A program made the translations under genes and the position numbers. This document shows, piece after piece, positions 37,725-48,315 of a stretch of DNA of 64,000 nucleotides. Numbering within the stretch: position 1 is the stretch's first letter; every line of letters begins with the position of its first letter. Source of the stretch: an uncultured delta proteobacterium (GTDB taxonomy: Bacteria; Desulfobacterota; Desulfomonilia; UBA1062); contig CAWAUM010000001.1 in assembly GCA_963785235.1 (NCBI GenBank), positions 640,001 to 704,000 on the forward strand. The letters are read 5' to 3'. The notes beneath the pieces were generated by a model. It ran no database searches, was not told the DNA's origin, and saw only the letters and a program-made list of their open reading frames with translations.

Positions 37725-39815
37725 TCACCTATTTGCCTTCCTGATGAAGCCCCTGTAGCGCGCATATTCCACCATGCGGCTGAAGGCGTAGATGGCTCGC
37801 TCCGGTGTTGGGTAGCCCGGCACGCCGAGTTTGATGAAACCTTCGCGCACATGCCTGATATCTCTTTCCGTACCGCCGTAGTAACTCATGAAGATGGGTT
37901 TGCTGCCGTGTTCTGCTATGATGGACCCGAAGGCCTCTTCAATGTCGAAGATGCTCTCGGGCATGAGGACGAAGATGACGAGCAGGGCATCGATGTCGGA
38001 CTGATCAAGGAGACAGCGCGCGATGTGGCCCATAGTCTTCTGGGAACCGTGCTGCTCGACCGCAGACCAGATGTCTATGGGGTTGCGTATGGGTGCCCAG
38101 GCAGGGACGACCTCACGGAGCCGCTTTATGGTGGAGCGTTTCAATGCGGGGAGCGACACCCCGTACTCGTCGCTGGCATCCGTACTGACTACGCACCCCA
38201 TGCCGCTTATGGAGAGGACCCCGAGGCGGTTGCTCCGCGGCAGGGGCAGCGACTCGAAGGCGGCCAGGCAATCGAAGAAGGCCTCGGAATCGTGGACACG
38301 TATCATACCGGTGCGGCGGCAGACCGCATCAAATACTGCGTCCGACCCTGCAAGCGATCCTGTGTGTGAGGCGATTGCCTGCGCACCTGCCTCGGTGCGG
38401 CCCGATTTCACAACCACCACGGGCTTGCTTGTGCTTGCCCTCTGGGCCGCCTTTGTAAAGCGCTCTCCGTCAATGATCCCTTCCAGGTACATGCCGATGG
38501 TGGTGGTTTCATCATCATCAGCCAGATACTCCAGCAGGTCCGATTCGTTCACATCCCCCTTGTTGCCGATACACGCCACCTTGGACACGCCGAACGGCCT
38601 GAAGTCGGCGATCCAGCGGCCCCATCCCGAGGAGAAGACGCCGGACTGTCCGATGAGGGAAACGCCACCCGGACCTATGGGCTCCAGCCCCACAATGGAG
38701 GTGGCGAGACCCGAACCTGTGTGGATGGTGCCGATGCTGTTGGGGCCCATGAGCCTGAGTCCCTGTTTGCGAACCGTTTCAACAAGTTCTTTTTGCTCCC
38801 TGGCGCCAACTGCGCCTATGTCCGAGTAACCACCGGTACTGAGGATCACGGCCTTGACTCCCTTGGCAGAACAGTCCTCAAGGGCTTCAGAAACTGCAGC
38901 CTTGGGGATGACTATCATGGCGAGGTCCACTGGGTCTGGGATGTCGCAGAGGTTCCTGTATGTCTTCATCCCGAGGATATCATGGCCTGAAGGATTTATT
39001 GGATAGAGTGTCCCTTTGAACCCGGCCTTCATGAGGTTTCTCAGGATAATATTGCCGCCTTTGCCATGGCTCCTGGATGCCCCGATGAGCGCGAGGGACT
39101 TTGGATTGAAGAAGGGGTCGCAAGTCTGGGGGTCAGGGTTTTTGCCCGATCCGGTTTTGGGGCTGTCTGCAAGCCTCACGAGCGCATCCACTGCCAGCGC
39201 ACCTTTAGTGCCCACAACAATGGGATTGATATCGATCTCGAGGATATCGCTGCGTATGACCATCAATCTCGATAAGGCCGTGACGGCTTCGGCTACAGCC
39301 TTGAGATCAGAAGGATCTTGGCCGCGGAAGCCCTTCAGGAGTGCAGCCCCGCGCAGGCGGTCGAGCATGGCAAGGGCCCTCGGGATGGACAGAGGGGCAA
39401 GTTCGAGGGCCGTATCACGGAAGACCTCGGTGAATACCCCGCCGATGCCTGCCAGAATAACTGGGCCGAAGACCGGGTCGCGCCGCGCCCCGAGGATGAG
39501 CTCGATACCCGGGGATGCCATCTTCTGGATGAGCAGGCGATGAGGTGTTCCCTTGAATCGGGATTGTATATCACGGACAGAACGTTTAAGGGTTCCGGCA
39601 TCTTTGATATCGAGGATTACCCCACCCTGGTCGGTCTTATGGAGGATCTCCTCCGAGCATACCTTCAGGGCAACGGGATAGCAGAGTTTGGCGGCATGTT
39701 TTATTGCCTCTTCTTCATAGTCTGCCACGGCCTCTTCAATGACCGGGATGCCCCATTTTTTGAGTAGGAGCTTACCCTCGTATTCGTTTAGTGTCCGAAT
39801 TACTTCCTGATGCAT
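37725..39815 (-). CDS. ADP-forming acyl-CoA (acetate-CoA) ligase, beta-alpha fusion
   Basis: N-terminal ATP-grasp 'HKTDQGGV', 'DPVFGP', 'DINP'; CoA-binding 'IGAS', 'GPNSIG', 'SHTGSLAG'. Confidence 0.92.
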   Translation of the reverse strand: MHQEVIRTLNEYEGKLLLKKWGIPVIEEAVADYEEEAIKHAAKLCYPVALKVCSEEILHKTDQGGVILDIKDAGTLKRSVRDIQSRFKGTPHRLLIQKMASPGIELILGARRDPVFGPVILAGIGGVFTEVFRDTALELAPLSIPRALAMLDRLRGAALLKGFRGQDPSDLKAVAEAVTALSRLMVIRSDILEIDINPIVVGTKGALAVDALVRLADSPKTGSGKNPDPQTCDPFFNPKSLALIGASRSHGKGGNIILRNLMKAGFKGTLYPINPSGHDILGMKTYRNLCDIPDPVDLAMIVIPKAAVSEALEDCSAKGVKAVILSTGGYSDIGAVGAREQKELVETVRKQGLRLMGPNSIGTIHTGSGLATSIVGLEPIGPGGVSLIGQSGVFSSGWGRWIADFRPFGVSKVACIGNKGDVNESDLLEYLADDDETTTIGMYLEGIIDGERFTKAAQRASTSKPVVVVKSGRTEAGAQAIASHTGSLAGSDAVFDAVCRRTGMIRVHDSEAFFDCLAAFESLPLPRSNRLGVLSISGMGCVVSTDASDEYGVSLPALKRSTIKRLREVVPAWAPIRNPIDIWSAVEQHGSQKTMGHIARCLLDQSDIDALLVIFVLMPESIFDIEEAFGSIIAEHGSKPIFMSYYGGTERDIRHVREGFIKLGVPGYPTPERAIYAFSRMVEYARYRGFIRKANR

Positions 39816-40118
39816 AGTGTCCTCCTGTTGCTGTGTCCTTCTGTATATTATTATAAAAATGAATGAGAACTTACTTTCTTGTGCTTGTTTTATTCTGTTG
39901 ATTACCAGTACTCATTGGGCATGCAACTGAGTCGTCTTTAATTTAGAGAGATCAACTATCACAATTCCTTTTTGGTATATTATCTATCTTCTCAGTTTTT
40001 TCCATAATCTCACTCTAGTCCAGCTTAATATTCAATTTGAGATTTTCTTATTCATAACTTATTAAAACTCATACTAATATCCCCAGCAATAGCAGTATGA
40101 CATTTAATAATACAGTGT

Positions 40119-41123
40119 TCATAATTCCTTCGAATGGATGAGGTGTATAAGAACCCTTGTAAGAAGATCTTTCTCCTCGGGCCTGCTCTCAGCAATAAGC
40201 AGGGTCATGGCCACAAGCGCATTGTCCGCGATCCGTTTGGCCCCGTCAGGTCGATAGAGGGCAGCGTTTTTCTGCATGAACCACAGGAACAGGGCAGCAG
40301 CAATACGCTTGTTGCCGTCAATAAAGGGGTGGTCTTTCACCAGGAAATACAGAAGGTGCGCAGCCTTTTCTTCCAGCCCGGGATAAAGATCCTGGCCCTC
40401 GAATGTTTGGAGAACTGCATGGAGTGCCCCGGACAGACTGCTGTCACGTTCAAGCCCGAAGAGCGATCCCGCACCGTAATGTTCCCTTAGTCGTTCAACG
40501 GTCTGCCTGGCTTCTTCTACGCTTATGCCTGCTACTGGCCCCGGAGTGCATCGGGGCGATCCAACAGATTGGTGATCATAGTCGTCCAGAAGGTCAAGTG
40601 CGAAGCTGTAATCCGCAACGACACGCAAAAGCGCTGCGGCTTCATCACCTGAGAGCACGCGGCGTTCTGCAACGTCAGCAATGAGGCGGATAGCCTTGTT
40701 GAGCTCTTTTAAGCGGCGCTCATTTACTGTATACCCACGCAGGAGATGCTCTCGCAGCACGCCCGTGGCCCAGATACGGAACTGGGTGCCACGTTTGGAA
40801 TTAACCCGGTAGCCTACTGAGATGATGGCATCAAGGTTATATAAGGCAATGGGCTTGTCGGAACTTGCAATGTGCATTTTTTGCACATTGCTTTTTTCGT
40901 CCAATTCTCCAGTACTGAAGATGTTACGAAGGTGTTTTGTAACGACACTGCGCTCAGTATCAAACAGGATGGACATCTGCTTCTGTGTGAGCCATACGGT
41001 TTCCCCTTTGAGCGTTACATCAAGTGCGATTGAGCCGTCCTGTGCTGTATACAGAACCACCTGATCAGAGATATTTGTCATGGGCTTCTTCAAGGAAGTT
41101 TTGATAGGCATCAATATCTCCAC
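40119..41123 (-). CDS. RhuM-family / Fic-Doc fusion protein
   Basis: 'WLTQKQM..LF', 'YNLDAIISVGYRVNS.RGTQFRIWAT'; Fic motif HPFIDGNKRIA. Confidence 0.92.
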   Translation of the reverse strand: MEILMPIKTSLKKPMTNISDQVVLYTAQDGSIALDVTLKGETVWLTQKQMSILFDTERSVVTKHLRNIFSTGELDEKSNVQKMHIASSDKPIALYNLDAIISVGYRVNSKRGTQFRIWATGVLREHLLRGYTVNERRLKELNKAIRLIADVAERRVLSGDEAAALLRVVADYSFALDLLDDYDHQSVGSPRCTPGPVAGISVEEARQTVERLREHYGAGSLFGLERDSSLSGALHAVLQTFEGQDLYPGLEEKAAHLLYFLVKDHPFIDGNKRIAAALFLWFMQKNAALYRPDGAKRIADNALVAMTLLIAESRPEEKDLLTRVLIHLIHSKEL

Positions 41124-41367
41124 GATCCTGTGTTTGCGCTCAATAATAAATTCAAGCAGCTGATGAGTGTATGTCTCCTCTAAAACTTACAGTAAAGAAT
41201 TGAATATTTGATTCTTATCATCCTGTGATTATAGAAATAATATCATATTCTGGGTAATTACAAAACTATTCATATGGAGCCATTCCAGAGAATCGATATC
41301 CCGATAGTATTGGTTTTCCTGAGCACTTGAGGTTGACTTCATAAGGTGCAGGAAAAGAAAAATGAAA

Positions 41368-41397
41368 GGTAGGGGTGAGTTACCGCTCACCCCTACC
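41368..41397 (-). terminator. intrinsic terminator of asd
   Basis: 12-bp stem GGTAGGGGTGAG/CTCACCCCTACC followed on the minus strand by TTTCATTTTTCTTTT. Confidence 0.8.
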
Positions 41398-41436
41398 TAC
41401 TCTATGATCATGAATGGGTCGGGCCTGAAGCCGTCC

Positions 41437-42552
41437 CTACCCGATGAACTCCAGGGCTATCTTCAGCATCCTGCGTATGGGTTCGGCCGCACCCCACAGG
41501 AGCTGGTCGCCCACGGTGAAGCAGGTGAGGTATTTCTCGCCCAGGTTCATCTTGCGGATGCGGCCCACCGGGACCGTGAGCGTGCCGGTTACGGCAGCCG
41601 GCGTCAGGTGTGTGAGCGTTTCATCTTTGGTGTTGGGGACAACTTTGACCCAGTTATTTGCCCCTGCGATGATCTTCGTTATCTCCTTGATACTGACGTC
41701 CTTCTTGAGTTTGATGGTGAGCCCCTGGGAGTGGCATCGCATGGAGCTTACTCGCACGCAGAGGCCGTCCACCGGGATAGTCTTCTTGGTGCCCAGGATC
41801 TTGTTGGTCTCCACAATGCCCTTCCATTCCTCCCGGCTCTGGCCGTTTTCCATGGCCGAGTCGATCCATGGCAGCAGGTTGGCGGCCAGGGGATAACCGA
41901 ACACTTTCTTGGGGAAGGATTTATCGTGCAAGGAACTGAGAACGAGCTTGTCGAGTTCCAAGGCAGCAGTTGCAGGTTTGTCGAGCAGCTTCTTGGATGC
42001 CTTGCCTACATAAGCCATCTGCTCCACGAGCTCGCGCATGTTGTTCGCTCCTGCGCCTGATGCAGCCTGATAGGTCATGGAGGTGACCCATTCCACCAGG
42101 TTCGCCTTGAACAGGCCGCCGATGCCCATGAGCATGAGGCTCACCGTGCAGTTGCCGCCGATGTAGTCCTTTATGCCCTTTTTCAGACCCTTGTCGATGA
42201 CGTCCCTGTTCACCGGGTCCAGGATAATGATGCTGTCGTTGTTCATCCTCATGGCCGATGATGCATCGATCCAGTAGCCCTTCCATCCGGACTTGCGGAG
42301 CTTGGGATAGACCTCCTTGGTGTGGTCGCTTCCCTGGCATGTGACGATGATGTCGGCGGTCTTCAAGTCCTTGATGTCATAGGCATCCTTCAGCGGTGGT
42401 ATCTTCAGTCCGATCTTCGGGCCCTTCTGCCCCACCTGGGAAGTAGTGTAGAAGACAGGCTCGAAACCGTGGAAGTCGTCTTCCGCCATCATCCTGTCCA
42501 TGAGAACTGACCCGACCATCCCTCGCCAACCGATGAAAGCTACTCGCGCCAT
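41437..42552 (-). CDS. asd: aspartate-semialdehyde dehydrogenase
   Basis: 'IGWRGMVGSVL', 'GGNCTVSLM', 'YQAASGAGA', 'GDQLLWGAAEP'. Confidence 0.97.
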   Translation of the reverse strand: MARVAFIGWRGMVGSVLMDRMMAEDDFHGFEPVFYTTSQVGQKGPKIGLKIPPLKDAYDIKDLKTADIIVTCQGSDHTKEVYPKLRKSGWKGYWIDASSAMRMNNDSIIILDPVNRDVIDKGLKKGIKDYIGGNCTVSLMLMGIGGLFKANLVEWVTSMTYQAASGAGANNMRELVEQMAYVGKASKKLLDKPATAALELDKLVLSSLHDKSFPKKVFGYPLAANLLPWIDSAMENGQSREEWKGIVETNKILGTKKTIPVDGLCVRVSSMRCHSQGLTIKLKKDVSIKEITKIIAGANNWVKVVPNTKDETLTHLTPAAVTGTLTVPVGRIRKMNLGEKYLTCFTVGDQLLWGAAEPIRRMLKIALEFIG

Positions 42553-42626
42553 GTGAATATCCTTTCGCTTTTTGATGCCCTGCCTGGCAGGTCTTTTACA
42601 CACTTAATGGGAAATGCACTTCGGTG

Positions 42627-43949
42627 TCAATCGGGAGAAAAGTTTTCAGGTTTAGAGTTGATCTTATCAAGAACGATAACAAGCGCCAGCCCTAAGACCG
42701 CTAGCCCTGACTCCATGTACAAGGCGTACGTAAATCCGCCGGTAAGCTCTTTTACACGTGCGAAGACAAAGGGCCCTGCAAAGCCCGCAAATCCGCAGGC
42801 GGTAAATATTACACCATAGATCTTGCCGATATTCAAAGGGCCGAATTCATCGGCAGCCAGCGCGGGCATCGTTGCCATGGTACCACCGTAGCAGGCAAGG
42901 AGGTAGAAGCACAGGACAGCGAATATGAAAGTGGTGTTCACATGGGCAAGCAGGGCAAAACCGAGAGCAAAGGAGATGAATATGAGGGCAAAGACCGACT
43001 TTCTCCCGATGAAATCAGATAGCCCAGGCCCAGATGAGCCTGCCAAGGCCGTTGAATATGCCTGCAATGGCCACAATAGTACCGGAAACCAGTAACAATA
43101 GATTTCATCTTCTCATCGGATATTGCACCTCCATAAGCCCTGATCATGACATCCTGTGCTATGGGCGAGAGTTGGGATATCAGGCCGAGCCCGGCAGTGA
43201 TGCTGACAAAGAGCATCATCCACAGGACCCAGAACCGGGGCGTACGCACGGCCTCGGCAAAAGAAGATGAGGCTGGAAGGATCGTGGCACAGGCGGATGA
43301 AGCTGGAGTCCTTATCCGGGGACCACCCATCCGGTGGGTTTACAAGGGTCAGCGCGGCGGTCAGGACCACAGCTAGGCTCAGCAAACCCCACATATAAAA
43401 GGTATTGGCGACCCCATACTTCATTATGAGCACAGGGCCGATATTGCCCAGGGCGAAAGCCCCCAGGCCGTAGCCCATCACGGCAAGACCGGTAAGCTGG
43501 CCACGCTTGTCCGGGAACCACCTGATAAGCGTGGCGATGGGGGTCACATATCCGAATCCTCCCCCTAGCCCGGTTATGATCCCGTAGGCGATTATGAGCA
43601 GGGTGATACTCCTTATACTGTTCGCTACCCCTGCCAGAAGAATCCCCGTGCCGAACAAGATGCCGCCCAGAGAGCCGATGATCCGTGGTGCTATGCGGTC
43701 CACCAGTGTGCCGCCAAAGGCAACGGCCGCTGCGAACATGGCACTGTTTACCATGAAGGCGTACTGGGTCTGGGTCTCACTCCATCCATTAGCAGCCATC
43801 ATGGGTTTTTTAAATATGGACCAGGCATATACTGTTCCAAGACAGAACTGCATTACGATGGCTGAAGCTGCAACAGATCTCCGCCTTGAGGCAGGATCTT
43901 TCATGATGGATTTTCCATAAGAGAGGTAAAGACCATATTCATTATTCAT
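42627..43949 (-). CDS. OFA-family (oxalate/formate antiporter-like) MFS transporter, two frameshifts
   Basis: 'LGTVYAWSIF', 'WFPDKRG..TGLAVMG.G', 'SDFIGRK', 'CYGG....PA...D.FG....GKIYG'. Confidence 0.9.
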
Positions 43950-44170
43950 TATTTTACCTTAAAGACCCTTTCCTGGCCTGTAAAGTTCTATATGTGCGTA
44001 TCCCAGTCCAGATCAGTCTGAACTTGACTTAAAAGATCCACGTAAAAAAAAGTAGCGGCAATTTCATAGGAAAGGATTGACTTTGCATGAGAATGCAATT
44101 ATCAAATAGATGTTAAGCAAATTAGTACCTGTATGAGGATATCGGAACTGAAGAACGAGGAGGAGGACCT

Positions 44171-45213
44171 ATGAAAAATCGAAGTATGTTTCGTACAATT
44201 GCAGTTATGGTGTTTCTTATAGTATGTTTTTGTGCATCCGGGGCTTTTGCTGAAAACCGGGAAGGGGCTATCAATATAACCCCGTTTATCGGCGGATTTA
44301 ATACTGATCCAGATTTGCTGTATAAGAATGGACCAGCGTTTGGAATCGGTCTCGGATATAACTTTTCTGAGAAGCTCGGGGCTGAATTCACCTTCCACTA
44401 TGTCAACTCGGAGACCGACGGAGATGTCGTTATAAACGGAAGTTCAATTGACTGGGGCAAGGGTGATGCAAAGGTGTTCATATACAAGCTTGACCTTATC
44501 TACCATCTGACTGGCATTCTCCCTGGCGACCTGATTGTCCCCTACCTCGCAGCCGGTCCCGGCATGATCACGTGGGATCCCGACCGTCGTGATCTTGATA
44601 AAGACGATGACTTCCTGCTCAACTACGGTGGAGGATTAAAGATATTCCTTACCAGGAATCTTGCCCTCAGGGCTGACTTACGGAACGTTATCAATTTCAA
44701 TCAAGGTGATGACAGAGGCAGCAACTTCCTCTACACAGCCGGTCTGACCTATGAGATCGGCGGCAAGGAAAAGGAAGAGGTAAGGGAAGAGGCCCCTGCC
44801 CCGAGCCAGAGCCAGCCCCGGCTCCTGCACCTGTAGTAACACCGCCTCCGCCACCTGCCCCTGCAGTAAAAGAACAGGGCTCCATCATCTTCAGGAACAT
44901 CCAGTTTGATTTAAACAAGTCGAATATCAAACCCGAATCCTACCCGGTTCTCGACGAGGTTGTGGATTACCTGAAGGCCAATCCCAATGTGAAGATGGAG
45001 GTTCAGGGCCATACTTGCAACTTGGGGACAGCAGCGTACAACCTGAAGCTTTCCGACAGGCGGGCCGCTTCCGTGAAGACCTACCTTGTCGGCAAAGGAG
45101 TAGCGGCTGACAGGCTCGAGACAAAGGGTTACGGCCTTACCATGCCTGTGGCACCGAATGACAAGGAAGAGAACAGGGCAAGAAACAGAAGGGTCGAGTT
45201 CAAGCCTATCTAA
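44171..45213 (+). CDS. OmpA-family outer membrane protein, frameshift in the Pro-rich linker near 44810
   Basis: Signal peptide plus beta-barrel; C-terminal 'GHTCNLG..YN.KLS.RRA.SV', 'RARNRRVE'. Confidence 0.93.
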
Positions 45214-45241
45214 TAGCGGTTGTCTTACAATCTTGCATAGC

Positions 45242-45278
45242 AAGGGAAGTACGGGCTCAAGCCCGTCCTTCCCTTTTT
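45242..45278 (+). terminator. intrinsic terminator after the OmpA gene
   Basis: AAGGGAAGTACGGGC-TCAA-GCCCGTCCTTCCCTT followed by a T-run. Confidence 0.8.
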
Positions 45279-45502
45279 ACGTTCCGATGACATGACCGGT
45301 GATAGTGGACTTCAGTCATGGAGTCAAAGAAGTATGTTGCCTCCTCTCAGTACCCAGCAATGAGTGACATGTATCCTTTATAGAATATGCTTCATTGACT
45401 CTTTGAGAGTGCATCCTATTATTATGCTAAGATAAATCATAGTCGATGCTGCAAAGAAGGCTTTTTCGACTTTAAAAATATGAGAGCTTTAGGGGAGGGA
45501 AC

Positions 45503-46024
45503 ATGGATGAAAAACAGCGCATTGCAGCGCTAGAGGTAGCACTTCAAAATGAGATAAACGAAAGAGAATTCTATCTCAAGAACGCCGGGCGAACAAGTAA
45601 CGCAATAGGAAAAGCCATGTTTCAAAGGATTGCAGATGATGAACTGGAGCATTACGAGAGGTTAAAAGAGCTTCATGAAAAATGGCTGAAGAAAGATAAA
45701 TGGCCGGAATCACTACCGCTGACAATAAGGATTTCTGATATCCAATCCGTCATGAAGAAACTGGTCAGGAAAGTGGAAGAGTCTCCTGTGGCTGACATTG
45801 ATGACTTGGAGGCAATAGGAATTGCAACTGCATTTGAGGCTAAGGGTTCCGAGGCTTACATGAAACTGAGTAGAAGTGTTATTGATGAAAAAGAAAAGGC
45901 CTTTTTCGAGCTGCTTGCATCCATCGAAAGGGAGCACTACCTCTCCCTGAAGGACGCCGAGGAATACATGAGAGACCCTTCTTCGTGGTTTACCAAAAGG
46001 GAGCATCATGGGCTTGACGGGTGA
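45503..46024 (+). CDS. ferritin/rubrerythrin-like diiron protein
   Basis: Paired E...FY / DE.EH and E...Y / ERE.H motifs; GGGGAGG RBS. Confidence 0.9.
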   Translation: MDEKQRIAALEVALQNEINEREFYLKNAGRTSNAIGKAMFQRIADDELEHYERLKELHEKWLKKDKWPESLPLTIRISDIQSVMKKLVRKVEESPVADIDDLEAIGIATAFEAKGSEAYMKLSRSVIDEKEKAFFELLASIEREHYLSLKDAEEYMRDPSSWFTKREHHGLDG

Positions 46025-46390
46025 TAGGGCTTCCGAGAGTATCCAGTAATATCAACAGAAATCCTTCCAAGAAGGGAGCATGAAATATAGTCCCATTTAA
46101 ACTGTTAATAAAGATAGTTGCTATCCTCATATCATGGAAAGGCCTAAAAAATCCTAATCATTCTGTTGACATGGAAGAGGTGCAGTGATATGTCCTCGTC
46201 CAAGTGATGGATTCGTTTTAAAAGGGCCTTTCTCCAAGACATATGCCTTAATCTGTGGCCCCGAAATGGTAAAACACCACGAAACGTAAAGCATGGTTGC
46301 AGTGTCCTGACGTTTGCAATCAGGAATGCTTCATGCCGAAACAGCAGCTTTTCGAGGTGTATAACTTAATTTTAGGGGAGGATAACTCAG

Positions 46391-47467
46391 ATGAGAATTA
46401 TTGCAATCATCAATCAAAAGGGGGGGTGCGGCAAGACTACAACTGCCATAAACCTCGGTGCATGCCTTGCGCACCTCAGGAAAAGGGTGCTGGTTGTAGA
46501 TCTTGACCCACAGGCGCATGCCACACTTGCCTTCGGCATCAATCCCGGAGAACATGCGAAAAGCATTTATGATCTGCTTACAGAGACCGGAACAGGGATA
46601 GGACAGGCAAATGATGTCATCATGAACCTGTCCGCCAACCTTGACCTGATCCCTTCGGACATCATGGTCAGCGCTGCCGAGCCCATCCTGCTCCAGAGGG
46701 ATAAGCGGGAATATTATCTATCAAATATCCTCAATCCCCTCTCAGAAAAGTATGATTTTATCATAATCGATTGCCCGCCGAACATAGGTATTCTTACTTT
46801 CAATGCATTGCATGCTTGTACCGAGGCAGTTATCCCCATGGAGAGCGGCCTGTTTGCCCTGCATGGCCTGGCAAAACTCCTTGAGACCATCCACCTCATA
46901 AATCTGAAAAAACCTGCCGGGATTACTGCCTATGCCCTTTCCACCATGTATGACCGCAGGACAAGAATAGCCTATGAGTCCCTTGAAGAGCTTCACAAAC
47001 ATATGAATGGGCATGTGTTTAAGACCGTCATCAACCTCAATGTAAAGCTCAAGGAGGCCGCAGGGTATGGCCAGTCCATCATCATGTATGACCCAAACTC
47101 GTCCGGTTCCAAGGATTATCTGAGCCTTGCAAAAGAGATCATGGCTATCAAGAAGCTCAAGAAGGTCAAGACCGATGAAGAGGCCAAATTCCTCAAGCCG
47201 GTTATAACAAAGGACGGTGTAGTGTTCACCTATTATTCACCCAAGGCCTCACAGGTATATGTAGTGGCGGATTTCAATGACTGGGAGGTGGGCAAACTCC
47301 CCATGGTCAACATTGAAGGCACGGGTATGTGGCAGAGGATTGTACCGCTTGGCAAGGGGAGGTACGAATATAAATTCTACGTTGATGGCCAGTGGGTGAG
47401 CGACCCCAATAACCCGGATAAGTCTGTAAACGAGTTCGGCGAAAATTCAAAGATCGAGATTAACTGA
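46391..47467 (+). CDS. ParA/Soj-family ATPase fused to a C-terminal glycogen-binding (CBM48/AMPK-beta-like) domain
   Basis: Deviant Walker A KGGCGKTT, DLDPQ, IIDCPP; C-terminal 'V.VVADFNDW...W.....L..GRYEYKFYVDGQW..DP.NP'. Confidence 0.92.
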   Translation: MRIIAIINQKGGCGKTTTAINLGACLAHLRKRVLVVDLDPQAHATLAFGINPGEHAKSIYDLLTETGTGIGQANDVIMNLSANLDLIPSDIMVSAAEPILLQRDKREYYLSNILNPLSEKYDFIIIDCPPNIGILTFNALHACTEAVIPMESGLFALHGLAKLLETIHLINLKKPAGITAYALSTMYDRRTRIAYESLEELHKHMNGHVFKTVINLNVKLKEAAGYGQSIIMYDPNSSGSKDYLSLAKEIMAIKKLKKVKTDEEAKFLKPVITKDGVVFTYYSPKASQVYVVADFNDWEVGKLPMVNIEGTGMWQRIVPLGKGRYEYKFYVDGQWVSDPNNPDKSVNEFGENSKIEIN

Positions 47468-47469
47468 CC

Positions 47470-48312
47470 ATGAAGGAGCGGCCCAAGCTTGGGAGGGGAT
47501 TGCAGGACGTATCGAAATTTTTCCTGACCGGGACCCCGCAGCAAGAACCGGATCAAACCCAGGCCTTGTCTGTTCATGTTGGTAATAAATCCATATGTGT
47601 CTGCTGCCCTTCATCGCCTCTGGTCCAGGCATCCTTTGTGGCAAACATAGCCCTGGAGATGGCAAGGCACCGCTTAGCAGTCATCATTAGAGATTTCTCC
47701 GTCATTGAAGAGGCCCATCTTTCAACCCTCATGCGTAGCGTTATTTCAGAGGATGAAAGGATAAAGGACAAGGCCTTTGTGAAGCTTTATGGACTGCCTC
47801 ACATCGTAATACAGAACAGCGGTAACCAGGGGCTCACAAAAGAAAGGGAAACCTCCGGGTCTGATGCATCTCCTGTGGGGGATATAGACTCAGCAGGCGT
47901 CATGCTGGTAAACCCGCTGCCTCGCTGGATTTCATCCGTGAAGAAAAGCCGTGTGATGAGTATGTTGTCATCACCAGGATGGATGAGAGTGTCCCTTCTT
48001 CAATGCTATGCATATATCAAGGTCATTCATGAGCGCTCTTTTTCAAGCAGGATTCATGTTGTCTTCGACGATGCGGATGCAGGGTTGAACAATGAAGTTT
48101 TTTTCAAAAAACTATCCCGGTTTATCCATGACCACCTGGATTTCGCAATAGATTTTTTCGGCAGCGTGCCAAGAGATGAGCACTTTGAGCGCTCCATCAC
48201 CGATCAAAAGCCATTGGTGCTCTTGGGTGCGGCCTCTGTTACAAAAGATGCCCTTACCAGGATCTGCTCCTGCTTACTTGAAGATTACAAAAGGCAGGAG
48301 GGAAATATATAA
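47470..48312 (+). CDS. degenerate MinD/FlhG-like protein with an N-terminal ParB-type LGRGL peptide
   Basis: MKERPKLGRGL; 'VANIALEMAR'; C-terminal 'FFGSVPRDEHFERSI..QKPLV'; no Walker A lysine; possible compensating frameshift pair near 47915-47990. Confidence 0.65.
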   Translation: MKERPKLGRGLQDVSKFFLTGTPQQEPDQTQALSVHVGNKSICVCCPSSPLVQASFVANIALEMARHRLAVIIRDFSVIEEAHLSTLMRSVISEDERIKDKAFVKLYGLPHIVIQNSGNQGLTKERETSGSDASPVGDIDSAGVMLVNPLPRWISSVKKSRVMSMLSSPGWMRVSLLQCYAYIKVIHERSFSSRIHVVFDDADAGLNNEVFFKKLSRFIHDHLDFAIDFFGSVPRDEHFERSITDQKPLVLLGAASVTKDALTRICSCLLEDYKRQEGNI

Positions 48313-48315
48313 ATC

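Noticed and set aside
41437-42552. Gammaproteobacterial-type Asd (GWRGMVGS) as evidence of recent transfer
   Set aside because: Base composition and codon style look native, and the claim cannot be judged without a phylogeny
46268-46340. c-di-GMP-I (GEMM) riboswitch
   Set aside because: Only scattered motif words match and the stem that should close the GAAA loop is absent; kept only as an unassigned structured leader
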